A stretch of DNA of 60,843 bases, the filler included, from Nemertoderma westbladi (lineage: Eukaryota; Animalia; Xenacoelomorpha), in assembly GCA_032718475.1 (NCBI GenBank). It is 2 parts of 2 records of this genome, joined end to end, with 100 filler letters (N's around TTAATTAATTAA, not from the genome) between each part and the next. Parts side by side here need not be neighbours in the genome. Positions count along the whole stretch, not along the records: positions 31,372 to 60,843 come from JAUCBJ010008968.1; 1 more part is not named here. One strand, written 5' to 3'. Under the pieces are notes generated by a model, which was given only the letters and a program-made list of their open reading frames with translations, made no database searches and was not told the origin of the DNA. Position numbers and translations under genes: made by a program. Shown here piece after piece: positions 38,847-51,113 of the stretch. How positions within the stretch are numbered: the first letter of the stretch is position 1; every line of letters starts with the position of its first letter.

Positions 38847-39587
38847 TAGTAGTCGTACAAAGTTCTTTTAGGTTCATTCGAAAGCTCTTTTCTCAGAGAA
38901 CAAAGTTGCCATTTGATTTAAGATAAAATGGTTCTAAAGCAACATAACATGAATTTTGGTAAAATATGCCTTGCAAATTTTGTTCAAGTTATGATTGCTC
39001 AGGCAGCTTTCAAGAGATTGCCAAACCAAATTGTAACTTTGTTCTCTGAGAAAAGAGTTTTCGAATGAGCTTAACCCTATTAGTACCGGGCTATAAAATG
39101 TTGTACAAATACCGGGAGGGGGTCATATTGACCCCCCCCCCCCCTCTAAAATCTACAAATATTTACGAAAACGTCTGATTTTTTGTATGTACGTAGGTCG
39201 AAAAAATGTACTGGGGTGGTTATATTGCAGCACCAAAATTACAAGTAGTGCACAATTTTCACAAAATTTGAAAGTTACATTTTCGGCTATTTATTTTTCA
39301 ATACAGGTTTTCTGGGGTGCAAAATACATTGGAAAATATTTAAAAATGATATGATTACTATAAATGGCTGTTTAGTCCTCTCTGCGCAGGAAAAAAATGA
39401 AAAAAACAAGTAACCAGAACTTTTCATTTAGAACACAAAATTTTTAATTCACTTATACGATGCTATAAATTCACATTTTCAGGTTTTCGAAGGCGCTGAT
39501 TCTAATGGAATACATTTCTAATATGCCAGATCATTGCTACTTGTATTTTTCGGCGTAATTTTCAAATTTTGGTGCTAGCACCAAATT

Positions 39588-42500
39588 AATAATAATAATA
39601 ATAATAAATGAAATTTGTATTTGGTGTTGCAGGCGCCCTTAGGGAGTATTTACACTCTTATCAGGGCGCCTGCAGCTGCCGCACTAATCTAATTTACAAT
39701 TACCGGTAAACAAAAGGGTTTTCAGTTCGCGCCTAAATGAGTCATAGGTCATCATGGATTCAGTTGATCGGGTCGATGGCGGTAGTTTATTCCACAAACG
39801 AGGGGCAAACGAGTAGAAGCTCTTCGATGCTAGGGTGTTTTTCACAAGTGGGACAGAAAGCTTTGAGAGATTGCTGGATCGCAACGTACGGGTATCCTCA
39901 AGGATAGATATTTCATTGCGCAAATAAGTCGGGGCAGTCCCAGACAGACATTTAAATGTGATACAAGCAAGCTTATAATTAATCCGTGATTCAATGGGCA
40001 GCCAGTGAAGGGATTTCAGCATTGCCGTTGCCGAGGTGTACTTGTATTGTCCATTGATAACACGATATCGCGGAGAATGAGTAACCAATCTTGCAGCACT
40101 GTTTTGTATCATTTGTAGACGTTTAACTACTGATTTAGCGGATGTTTTAAGGACAGCGTTTGAATAGTCGATTCTGCTGGTTATGAATGCGTGGACTAGG
40201 GTTTCTAGAGCTGAAGTTGTAAGGTAAGGCCGAATTTTATACAAAGACCGGATATAATATTTCGATTTCGCTGCTGTTGCTACTATCTGATCTTTAAATT
40301 TCAATTCACTATCAAACACAACTCCGAGAGATTTAACCTTATCAGAGAAATCTATCTTAACGTTTCTGTATACAATTGTTCTAGCATTCAGAGGTATCTT
40401 CATTCTTTGTTGTTTCGTGCCATATACAATCAGTTCAGTTTTATCTGGGTTAATTTGTAGGTGATTAACGTCCATCCAATCAGCAACAATATGTAGCACA
40501 GCAGTGATACGAGTCTTCAGGGTCTCTATATCATCAGCATATCCAGTCACAAAGAATTGTGTGTCATCAGCATAGTTAGCACCTTTCACTCCTAATGCAT
40601 CCACACGCCAGAACAGGTCAGTCATATACGCATTATAAAGTGCTGGCCCAAGGATACTGCCCTGAGGCACGCCGGTTTGAAGCAATGTTTTATCAGATGT
40701 ACTCTCATCAATTTTCACGCATTGATGTCTGTCAGCTAAATAGGACTCAAAGAGATTAAGTGCAGCACCATTGAACCCAAATTCTTTACTGAGCTTAAAT
40801 ATAAGGTTTTTGTGATGGACAGTGTCGAACGCCGCACTCAAATCAATATAGGAGCACAAAGTAACTTGTTAATTTTCTATTCCCTTAAGAAATTTATTTA
40901 GAAGAAATAGATTAGCAGTTTCAGTGGAATGGTGCCGTCTGTAACCAGACTGTGTCTGGTGAAAAGCTAGCTGTGGTGTAGCTCTATAAAGTATTACTTT
41001 CTCAACTACCTTAGATAAGAAACTAAGGTTTGACACTGGTCGATAATTTTTTAATATCTCAGCATCCAACTCCGGTTTCTTTAAGAGAGGTCTTACGATA
41101 GACAGTTTAAGAAAGGCTGGGAATTCCGCATCTGCTAAAACCATGTTTATATACATCGTTAAGGGCTGAATAACAATGGGAATTACTGATTTAAATAAAG
41201 GCGTTGGCATACAGTCCAGCTCGCAAGTTGCATTTGACATCTTCCTTATGAGTTGAGCTAAGTCCTCCTCTTGAAAAGGCTGAAATTCACAAAAGTCTGT
41301 TTTATACAATTTTGGGAGATTATTACATCGACTGCTCGTATTGAATGTCAACATAATAGTGTTAATTTTTTCAGTGAAAAAATGTGAGAACTTTGTTGCC
41401 AACTCAGCACTATTGCCATGCTTAGTCGGTAAAACAAGGTTTCCTCCCTTTCCCAATAACCTTTTGAACTGTTTCCACAGAAGTTTTGAGTTAGTCGAAT
41501 TGGTATTAATATAATCGCAGTAAAACGCCCTTGTAGAATCGCGAAGCAATTTCGCTAGGTCCGACTTTGCTATATTTAAATTAACTTTGTTCTGCTCAGT
41601 CCGTTCTTTGTGAAACGCAAGTTCACACCGTCTCTTCTCCTTCCGTTTAGTCTGGATCCCCTCCCTATCTTCCTCCCTGATTTTCGAGTGTTTAGTGTTG
41701 ATCTTTACAATCTTCTCTTTCATGGGAACATGTCGTTCAAATAAATTCCTCAGGTTCTTTACCCACGCCTCAAACCCTTTGCATGTTAAATCTCCACTAC
41801 TCTTATCCAATCCATTAACTTTCAGCTCCGTTATAAATTTATCCTTATCAAAGTTTTTCCAGGCTCGAAAACTTCTCCGTTCCTCATAAGATTTAGAGAC
41901 ATTTCTGGACAGATTCGATATCCATCGCATACTGGCATGATCACTAAACACTTCGTCTATAGGATCCAGATCAACATCAGCGATTTTATAGCCAGGCTAG
42001 CTACAAAATCTAGAGTATGACCGTCCTTATGCGTTGGACCCGTCTTCTTGAAATCGAAACCGTGTGTCTCCAATAGGTATTGGAACGACTTGTCAGATTC
42101 TAACCATAAATTCGCATCGCCAAAAATAGTAATTGTGTCGAACTTTAACGACATGTCTTCCAATGTACTATCAATAATTTTCTTATACTCGACAATTGAA
42201 GTTGGATACCTTTTACTATTTGGGAGGCGATGAACGACCATGAACAAGTCTTTGTCGGTTGCTAGAAGCAAGGATTCAAACTGTTCATTAGCCGGGATGG
42301 GTATTTTTCGCAGTTTCACCGAGTTGTGCGCTATAACGGCCACCCCTCCTCCAGTACGATCTTTCCTCGTCAAATGCCGATTATAGTAATCCTCCGGAGT
42401 GGCGAGATTCAAGAACTCAACGTTGTTCCATAGCTCGACTATGAATACTAAGTCTAGCGTTCTAGCTATTATGTCCTCTTTGACAGCATACACTTTATTC

Positions 42501-42867
42501 TCATTCAGCGAGCGCACATTCTGATACATGCATCTTAGGGAATATTCCTTATCAGCACATCCTCGCCGTCGTTGAGTTTGTTTCTCCGCCATTATTTCAG
42601 ACACTGGAAATACGAGTGCATTGACCAGTAGGAGCAACGCCGCGACTACTGGTATGAAGAAAACCAAGTCACGACGTATTACTACCATGATAGAAACAGA
42701 ATTAATGGAGTTATCGTTGCGAGTTTAAACTTAGATAATTGTAGAATTTACAGAATACTGAAATCACCATTCATATAGGCCTATGTCAGTAGCACAAATT
42801 GTACCGGTACAGAGTAGTATAGTGCGGTCCGATCTCCTATCTCCTATCTCCGATCATCCGAGATAGT
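39588..42867 (-). mobile_element. Apparently full-length single-ORF L2-clade LINE (APE + RT), one frameshift and one nonsense codon
   Basis: EN motifs YQNVRSL, GGGVA, GDAN, PTHKDGHTLD; RT motifs NYRPVSNLSFLSK, DLSAAFDTV, GVPQGSILGP, YADDTQ, LHWLPI; (TTA)n tail; imperfect TSD CACCAAATT/CATCAAATT. Frameshift near 41975, in-frame TAA at 40869-40871. Confidence 0.92.
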
Positions 42868-42982
42868 CATCAAATTTCGTACTCATCACCAAAAAGTACA
42901 AGTTTGCGATGTCCAGTGCTGTTTTTATTGATTCCATCGGATTCAGGACCCTCATAAACCCGTATAACGCAAGAAACAAGGT

Positions 42983-43993
42983 GACACGTTCGTGGGGCCT
43001 TCGCGCAGCACGAGGCCCAGTTATGAGATACAAATTAAAATTGAGCGACTGTATCACAAAATCAGGTTTTGAGAAATTTACCCACACCACCAATCAATCC
43101 AAGAAAAGGGGACAGTACGTGTTCACCCCTTTTAATCTCTCCACCCCCCCCCCCCCCCCCCCCACCCTTCCCAACCACCAATACATAACCGCGACATCTA
43201 CCACCCACGGAAAGGTAGAACGAACTTATTTCCAATCGCACGTTCAATATGCAAAGCCAGGTGGTGTATAGGAATATAATCAACGCCGTACTCGTCTTAA
43301 ATATTATAAGCGTCGTTGCGCTCGTCCTGTTTTGTATTTAAATATATTTCCTAAACGCAGACTGGCAATCTTTATAACTATGGATACGTGCAATATGCGA
43401 AACCAGGAATGGCTTATAGGAATATAATCAATGCAGAACGCAGTACTAAATGCAGTCGATGCAGTAATGATATTCAAATAATTAATTTAATTGTCTACCG
43501 GCCTGTACACATGTGGTTACTTACATTCGCTTACATTACTTACATTCAATTTTTTTTGCCGTTTTAATTACTTTAGATCAATTAGACACAATTATTAAAG
43601 CAAATCACTTGAACTAATTAAAAACTATAATAGAATGGCGTATGTGGATTAACATCTGTATAATTTTTAATTATAATTATTTAAATCTTATACTGTAAAA
43701 CAATTAATTTCCTTTAAAAGGCAGGTTGAAAATGGTGCTTTTACCGTAATCAACTTAATTAACTAATTACCTGCTATTATCTTAGCTTCTCGAAGGCCAC
43801 ACGGAAATTCTACTTGGAAAATTTCTAAACTTTTGCCAAACAACATGTGTACCAAGTTTGGATAGATTTCATCAAAGATTGGCCGAGTTATTAACGTTTA
43901 AAATTGAACGCGACAGAACGACAGAACGACAGAACGACAGGTTGATTAATGGTACCACTACGCTAAGGCTCACTCACTTCGTGGCTCGCCCCA
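42983..43993 (+). mobile_element. Helentron/DINE-1-like non-autonomous element
   Basis: 5' end shared with 7170; (ACAGAACG)n microsatellite at ~43913-43941; 3' GCTCACTCACTTCGTGGCTCGCCCC; interrupts the host subterminal repeat. Confidence 0.45.
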
Positions 43994-45987
43994 TACTATC
44001 TACTTATCAATTTGCATATTTTCCAAAATTTGGTGCTGGCACAACAATTTTCACCCACCGGCGAAAAATACAAGTTTGAGAACTCTTATGAAATTTTTAC
44101 TGATTCCATTGAATACAGAACCATCACAAACCCGTATAACGCAAGAAACAAGGTGACACAATCAATTGATATATTTGATGGTTTTCAAAATTTGGTGCTA
44201 GCACCACATTTTGCACCCACATCCGAAAAATAAAAGTTTGAGATGTCTAGTTCGATAATTATATTTTCCATTGAATTCAGAACAGCCATAAACCTCTAAA
44301 ACGCAAGAAATAAATTGTCACAAGCAATTTTATCTATTTAATGGATTTTCAAAATTTCGTGCTAGCACCAAAATTTGCACCCACCACCGAAAAATACAAG
44401 TTTGATACGCTTGGTGCAACTCGTATATATTTCATCGAAACCAGAACCCCAAAAAACCCCAATTGCGTAAAAAACAAGTTTCACACAATCAATTTACAAA
44501 ATTGACATATTTCAAAATTTGGTGCTGGCACCAAAATTTGGCACTCATCGAAAAAAACAAGTTTGAAATTTCTAAATCAATTTATATGAATTCCATCCAA
44601 TTTCTAACACCAAAAAACCGGTGTAAATCAAAAATAGAGATGTTACAATTCATATTTAATGAAATGTAATTTTCAAAAAACGTCTCAAAAAAAGTGCCAA
44701 AAGTAGGGTTAAAAAATGGTGCTATAACTCGAAAAGTACCCAATATTTTTGAAAACGGTTTTCACTACCATGAAGACAATAGATTTTTAGGAAAAGTCAT
44801 AAAATTTCAGATTCCCAACTGCGTTTGTTTCAGAATTATAATAAAAAAACCACGGGAGGGGTCATATTGACCCCCCCCCCCCCCCGGGTTTAATAGGGTT
44901 AAAACGAACTTCCTAAAACGAACTTCTTTTCATATCTTGGTTCGTTGTCAAAACATATCGGGTAGAAGAAGTGTGTCCAATCTATTGGACACACTTTAGA
45001 CAAGAACTGTTTGTGTCCAATCTATTGCAGTATTGATTGATAAATGTGATGAAGATTGTTGTTTGCATTCAATTTCTGTAAATTTTTAGACTCATTGAGA
45101 AAGGTTTTTAAATTGATAATTTCAAGTAAAAGATCATCATATATTGATATAGAAGGCAGTTGTTTTATGATTATTGAATAACAGGGCATTTGTTAAAGCC
45201 ATCTTCAAGCTTCCAGCAAAATACCGCATTGCAGTCATAAATAACGAGTAGTAGATGATTGGCCCACCCTATGACTATTGTTATTTTCTATGGGAGTTTT
45301 CATAATTCCATCTGAATGTGACCAGGCTTTTAATTAATAAGGAAAATAATATAGTTTAAACATCATAGATCTCTAATTTTGAAATATATCGATATTTATG
45401 AACTAATTTCTATACCTTTATCTTTAAACGTGTTTTGTGGGAAACAACATTTTACCCGATCAGGGATTTTAAAAATCCTATTTCTTGAGATGTCTTCATT
45501 CTGAGAAGGTGGTTTATGATTCATTTTGAAGTTAATTCATGTGAGAACTATTTGAATATTTTTATTTATGTTTCAGTGAAAAGTTTTCATGCTATGATAC
45601 TTTGAATGAGAAATGGACTGTATTTCTGTCGCGATAGGCCTAATTTTTCAATATGTTTCCCCATAACTTGTTCAGTAGTTCACATAGAACGAAGAAAAAT
45701 ATTCAAACAATGAACAGACACCTATGCGACACCCGGGCAAAGTTTGGTCGAAATTAATTTGGGCCTTCTCCAGAAATAGGATTTTCCATTTTCTTTTAAG
45801 AATAAGTGTGGCTTATGGTCTGGACTGCACAGAAATAAAATTTCAACATGATTTCTGAACTTTTTGGAGCAAGACGGTCTCAAATATGTGTATTTGGATC
45901 CTTCATAGCTATTTTGGTTCTCCTGTAATGACAATTTCAACTCTTTGATAAAGTTTGCGCTACACCCCCCCCCCCCCCCCCCCCCCA

Positions 45988-46420
45988 ACTTAAGAATGCT
46001 ATGCCGGCTATGCTACAACGCCCTATCACCCATGGCATTTGCTAGATCATTGGCATCTTCAAAGCCAGTGTCCTTTAAGATGCATCTCAAGAAAGTCATT
46101 GGCTGCCAACCATGCTTATTCACTCCACGAGGCTGCCAAAACACAATATTATGCATTGGCTGGTCCTCACGCCGAAAGCAATGTCCTGCAAAGCGGAGGC
46201 GACTTTGTTCTAGTGTCAAGCTTAATGAGAGACCTCCAATGTTATATAGTGTCTGATTGGAGATGTGTGCATTGTACTTGACACAATGAACCCGGCGTAA
46301 CATTCTTGTGAATGTGCCAACCAGATATTTGGTGTCCACAGCAGGTAGAGCCCAGCATGGACTCCCATAGAGGAGTACTGGAACTACTGCTGCTCTAAAT
46401 AATCGGACCTTAAGTTTCCG
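45988..46420 (-). mobile_element. RTE LINE 3' fragment
   Basis: Encodes DTKYLVGTFTRMLRRV...RLRFAGHCFRREDQP; matches ~23442-23910. Confidence 0.88.
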
Positions 46421-46852
46421 AGGAGGAGATGTGGAGCTGGGGCTCCTAGGGGTAAGGTGTCAAGGCGACAGCCGGGAAACAAGCCAGGGAGGTCTTACAG
46501 GCAATGGTGGGCTTCAACTGTGAACTAGCAATATTCCTTCAGTTTGCGTTGAAATATATGGGGTAGGATGTCAAACCAATGTATTGGTTGATAAGGATGC
46601 AGTAGAAGTATGGTGGGAGTTGCAGCGAGTACAGTAGGCCTACTTTTAATGGGCGTGAGATTGAACGATATAGATACAAAAAGTTGTGGAGAAAGGTACA
46701 CACCTATCGAGAAGCTGTACCAGAGACTTGCAACTGGTTTAGAAAACTACCAGCACCAATGAACACTACCAATGATTAACAGTAGTGACTCACCAGCAGC
46801 AAGAACATCAAAAATAATAGTTAGCTAAACCATCACAAATTGTACATTGTAC

Positions 46853-47196
46853 TGCTACTACTACTATTAGGATCGGCATGCTGTATTGCAGCTGCATTTA
46901 AGAATGCTGTGCCGGCTTGTCGACAAAATTGCCCCACCACAACTCCCATCACCCATGGCATTTGCTAGTTCATCCGCATCTTCAAGGCCAGTGTCCTTTA
47001 AGATGCGTCTCAAGAAAGTCATGGGCTGTCCACCATGCTTATTTGCTCCATTGGGCTACCAAAACACAAGATTATGCACTGGCTGGGTCTCACGGCGAAA
47101 GCAATGTCCTGCAAAGCGGAGGCGACATTGTTTGAGTGTCAAGCTATGTGTGACTAATTGAAAAACCTCCAATGTTGTATGGAGTCTGATTGGAGG
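46853..47196 (-). mobile_element. RTE LINE 3' fragment with (TAG)n tail
   Basis: CTACTACTACTATTAGGATCGGCATGCTG is the reverse complement of the family 3' end. Confidence 0.88.
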
Positions 47197-48603
47197 ACAT
47201 AAAAATCAGAAAAGAGACACGAGGTTATATGAGGCAGTACGACACCATGTTCGATATTGGATGCAACAAATACTGCTGAAAACGAATCTCCATTTATCCA
47301 GGTTTCTAACGATGTGTTGGTTTACTGGATATAACCTTGGGTTGGAAATTTATAACAGTTTGTTATACTAGCACTCTGGAGCCCGCACCTTGAAAATGTC
47401 ATATTTTTGACCATATTACTGTATGTTCTACTGCGGTAAGATATGATGTCCATTTGAGCTGATATTAATTGTACAAAATCTACGCTTCAGCAGCTTTCAT
47501 TGAAGCCATCAACCACTTTCTAGAAGCGTTTATGGCCTTGGACACCCGTTTGGCCTCGGACACCTGTATGGACATTTATTATATAAATTAATTTAGCGCC
47601 TCACATATCTTAGTAAATATTTATAATTCGGTGATAATGATTTTTTGCATAATGTACAGTTGTACTTGTATGTATGTAAACAGAATTGGCTGGTTATTGG
47701 CGTAAATATTAGTGACCTTCAGTGCAATGTGGAAATAGTTGTGTGAGGCAATGGTCGTACTCAGCCTTTACAAATTCTTTCATTACCTTATAAACCATTG
47801 TATAATTTTATAAAGTAAAAACAATAAATACAATAAAATTAACCATTATGGTGTAATAATATGATATACCGATATACTGACGAGGCTAAACATCAATCCC
47901 CCTTGCCCAGAGCAGCCTCATGGCTTACCCCAAAATGCAATTTGCCATTCCGGAAAGAATTCAATCCTAACATTAGTTGTTATGGTGATATTTAAAGAAT
48001 AAATTTACAATTATAATAATCTACAAATTATTACAATAATTATAACAAGCTCAAAATTAAAGTGGCTCCAATGTAAATGAAAAGTTCTCCAAATTAAATA
48101 TTACAACACCAAAAATTAAACTCGAGCAATTTTTATGTGGCTACGAAAAAAACCTCAAATTTACCCACATTGTGTAATAATTATTAAATTGTAAATGAAT
48201 AATGATTAAATTTAATGAATATATTTCCCATTAACAATGATAATAATTATCAATATATTAATTTTCCATTAATATATTGATATAGGCCTATGGATTCCAT
48301 GAGAAAAGGGACCATTTTACCTTTAAAATTGATACTGAGAAAATTGCAGTTGAACATTTTTCTGAGTTAAAATTTAATGGAAATTTTAAATATGCAACGA
48401 AATTGTGTTTCATTTGATAGATTTCTAACTGTCTGTCTGTCTGTCTGTCAAAAGTATGGAATCTGCACCATATAAATACAATTTCCGATCTAAAATATTA
48501 TCGGGCTAATTTCTAGATAAAATACTACCAATGTTCCTTGTGCCTTCCTTTAAGACTCACAACCTTTATTCACCTTCTTAATTCTTCCTGAACCCGGAAT
48601 TAG

Positions 48604-49143
48604 TGTAACGAAAGAAATGATGACATATATAACAAAGTAATTTTATCCTCTCTCAAACGTTGTAAAGGACCTTAAGGCTCGCCCCATTCAATATAACGAC
48701 TTTAGATTCAATATAATATAAGTAGGAAATCGAAGCAAGGGCATCTTGGCAATCTCCCAACTAGTACTAGGGATGTTATTATTTGGTTAATGGTGATGGG
48801 TTTGTAATGTAGGAAGGAGCGAGCCAATCACAGAATGCCACCGCCCGCGCCACAGAGAATGGCAGAGATGATAATTGATAAGATAAAGTAGTTTCTCCAT
48901 TATGGCCCCAGTGTTGACTCTTTCCCCCCAGAGAGCGGGGATAGAGAAATAGCCGTGGTGGAAACACTATTTCTGACGAGTGTCTCCCACTCGTTAATAT
49001 TTGCATTCTGTGATTGTCTCTAATTAATAACTGTGTGTAACATATAATTACAATAAAACTGTTATTACACTGTATAAAGTGTGGGCTCGCACAGGAAGTG
49101 TTTTTCTCCAAGTAAAAAGCGGCTAGGAAGATTCTCCACAACA
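48604..49143 (+). repeat. 5' LTR
   Basis: TGTAACG...CACAACA; CCAAT at ~48824, AATAAA at 49052; only one substitution noticed versus the 3' LTR. Confidence 0.97.
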
Positions 49144-49223
49144 AAAGTCAGAAATATTTCACCTGCTTGGAGAAGTGACAGAGAATAAAAGAGTTGAAAT
49201 CTGGAGGAAATAATATTCGCACG

Positions 49224-51082
49224 ATGAGTGACGCGAATGGAACGGGAAAGTTTTCTCACGGAGCGCCACCTATCGAAAACGAGGGGGAATTTCTTTTGGG
49301 ACAAGCTCGGAAAGTCTTAGACAAGGATGGACGGATTGCTAAAGGGCGAGAAATTGCCCGTACGCCCCCACCACCCAGAAGTGAACCCATAAGGAGACTT
49401 GAAACTCTAAAACAGAAACCGAGACCATCATTAATTGGGATACAGGGAAGAAGCAATGTAAACTCGGAATCTGGGGGGGCGAATGCTGCGAAACCTGGCT
49501 ATAAATCTACTGTACCCATTGCGCCCCGAGACTTAAACCCTTCATTGGGGCAGGGGGTAACTACGGTTCAACAAGGAACTTCGACGTTTCAACAGAGTCT
49601 GGAGGGGCGGATGTCATCAGATCCAGATGTACGACCAAAGACATCCCGCAGAGGCAACGTGCTGCTAGAGGAGACTATGGAACCAACAGAACTCCATCGA
49701 AGATTCAAGAGGGCTGAACGAAGGTTCTTTGGAATTCAAACTATGGTAACTCCTAGTGACTCGGCGCAATATGGTGAGGATTATGACTTTATTAATAGGT
49801 ACTGTAGGCATTTAGTTGCGTGTGGAGAGGTATCGCGGTCGCAGGAAATCCAAGCCAGGGTTAAAACCCACCTGGAGGAGATCCGCAGAAGTACCTCTCC
49901 AAGCGCTGTCAGGGAAAGCCAAAATGCCCTAGTAGGAAACGAGGAAGGGATACAACCCCTAGCAACGGCCGAAGGCGAAATTCCTCTCTTGAACCCCGAA
50001 GATTCGGTATCACAAATTGATGTGAGTAACCAGGGGGATTATCTGGGGGGGAGTAAGCTTAGGTCTGCTGCGGGATCTACCCGTTCCTCAGAGATAATTA
50101 GGTATAGGCAGCAGGTAGAGAGAGAGGATAAAATAAAGGCCCTTAAAGATCGGAAAAACAAAATAGAATGGGAACGTAAGGAACGTAGACGAGAGCGTGA
50201 TGAACAAGATGAGTGTGACAAAATAGCGAGAGAAATTAAATTGATAGAGGCTGAAAATTATATATCCCAATTGCAATCCGAGACTAGTAGTGGTAAACAA
50301 ACCCAACCGAGGGAAATGGTTACAATGGACACATTAACCTATGTAAACCGCATCCCAGAGATTGACAGTGTCTTAACCCGTGAAACGCCAATGTACCACA
50401 AACCCGATAAACGAACATGTATACATCAGTTAAGATTATTAGCCCTATAACAGCAGAGAATCCCCCAGGTACAGTAGGATTTATTCCAAGGACATTTACT
50501 ACACCAAATAAAGGGGCGGGTGAAGTTGAAAATATTTTACATAATGCAGATATTTATCAACCAATCAAAACACAGAACCAACTGCAAGGTTGTGATAGGG
50601 GTTCTAGTAATGCTAGGCCAAGATCTAATTCCGTTGACGGTTTTGTATTGCGACCAAAGAGTACAATAAGTAGGCCTAATCAGAAATCAGGTATCGATAG
50701 GAATTACGAAAACGTACAGTATTATACTGTAGATGACCATAGCCGTCACCCTGTAGGCCTGAGTACATATGATGATGCGGTTAGTGAATGTGAGGAACCT
50801 GTACCGGTAACCCAATCATCTGAAGCTGAGCAATATGATTCTCAGTGTTTAAATCGATTTTTGCGTAACGTACCGGTACCGGTAGCACATTACGATACAA
50901 GTAGGCCTGCGCAAAATATAGCACCAATAACTGCACCCGTACCAGTGGTAGGCCAAGGTGAAAGCAGTAGGCCTAAATTAGAACTGGGGCTAGCAGTACC
51001 GGTAAGCGCTAAGTCAAGTAAAGTACCGGTACCGTTAGGAAGAAACCCTTTAGCAGATACTTTTATTCCATCGGACAGGTAA
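49224..51082 (+). pseudogene. N-terminal gag region split by two compensating frameshifts (ORFs 49224-50450 and 50417-51082)
   Basis: Low-complexity/coiled-coil segment with PEDSVSQ motif, seen in BEL gag N-termini; frame shifts at 50411-50447 and returns at 51054-51080. Confidence 0.7.
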
Positions 51083-51113
51083 TGTACCCCAATACAGTAG
51101 TAGCAGTAGGCAT

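Larger units (their letters stand above)
39075..44898. mobile_element. piggyBac-like non-autonomous element hosting a LINE and a second insert
   Basis: TTAA|CCCTATTA..CCGGG ... CCCGGG..TAATAGGG|TTAA; removing it restores a flanking inverted repeat (38860-38915 vs 39027-39074 + 44903-44911). Confidence 0.8.

Noticed and set aside
48779-49144. 121-aa antisense ORF present twice (also 58733-59098)
   Set aside because: Duplicated only because it lies in the LTRs; non-ATG start at the LTR edge and no domain features.
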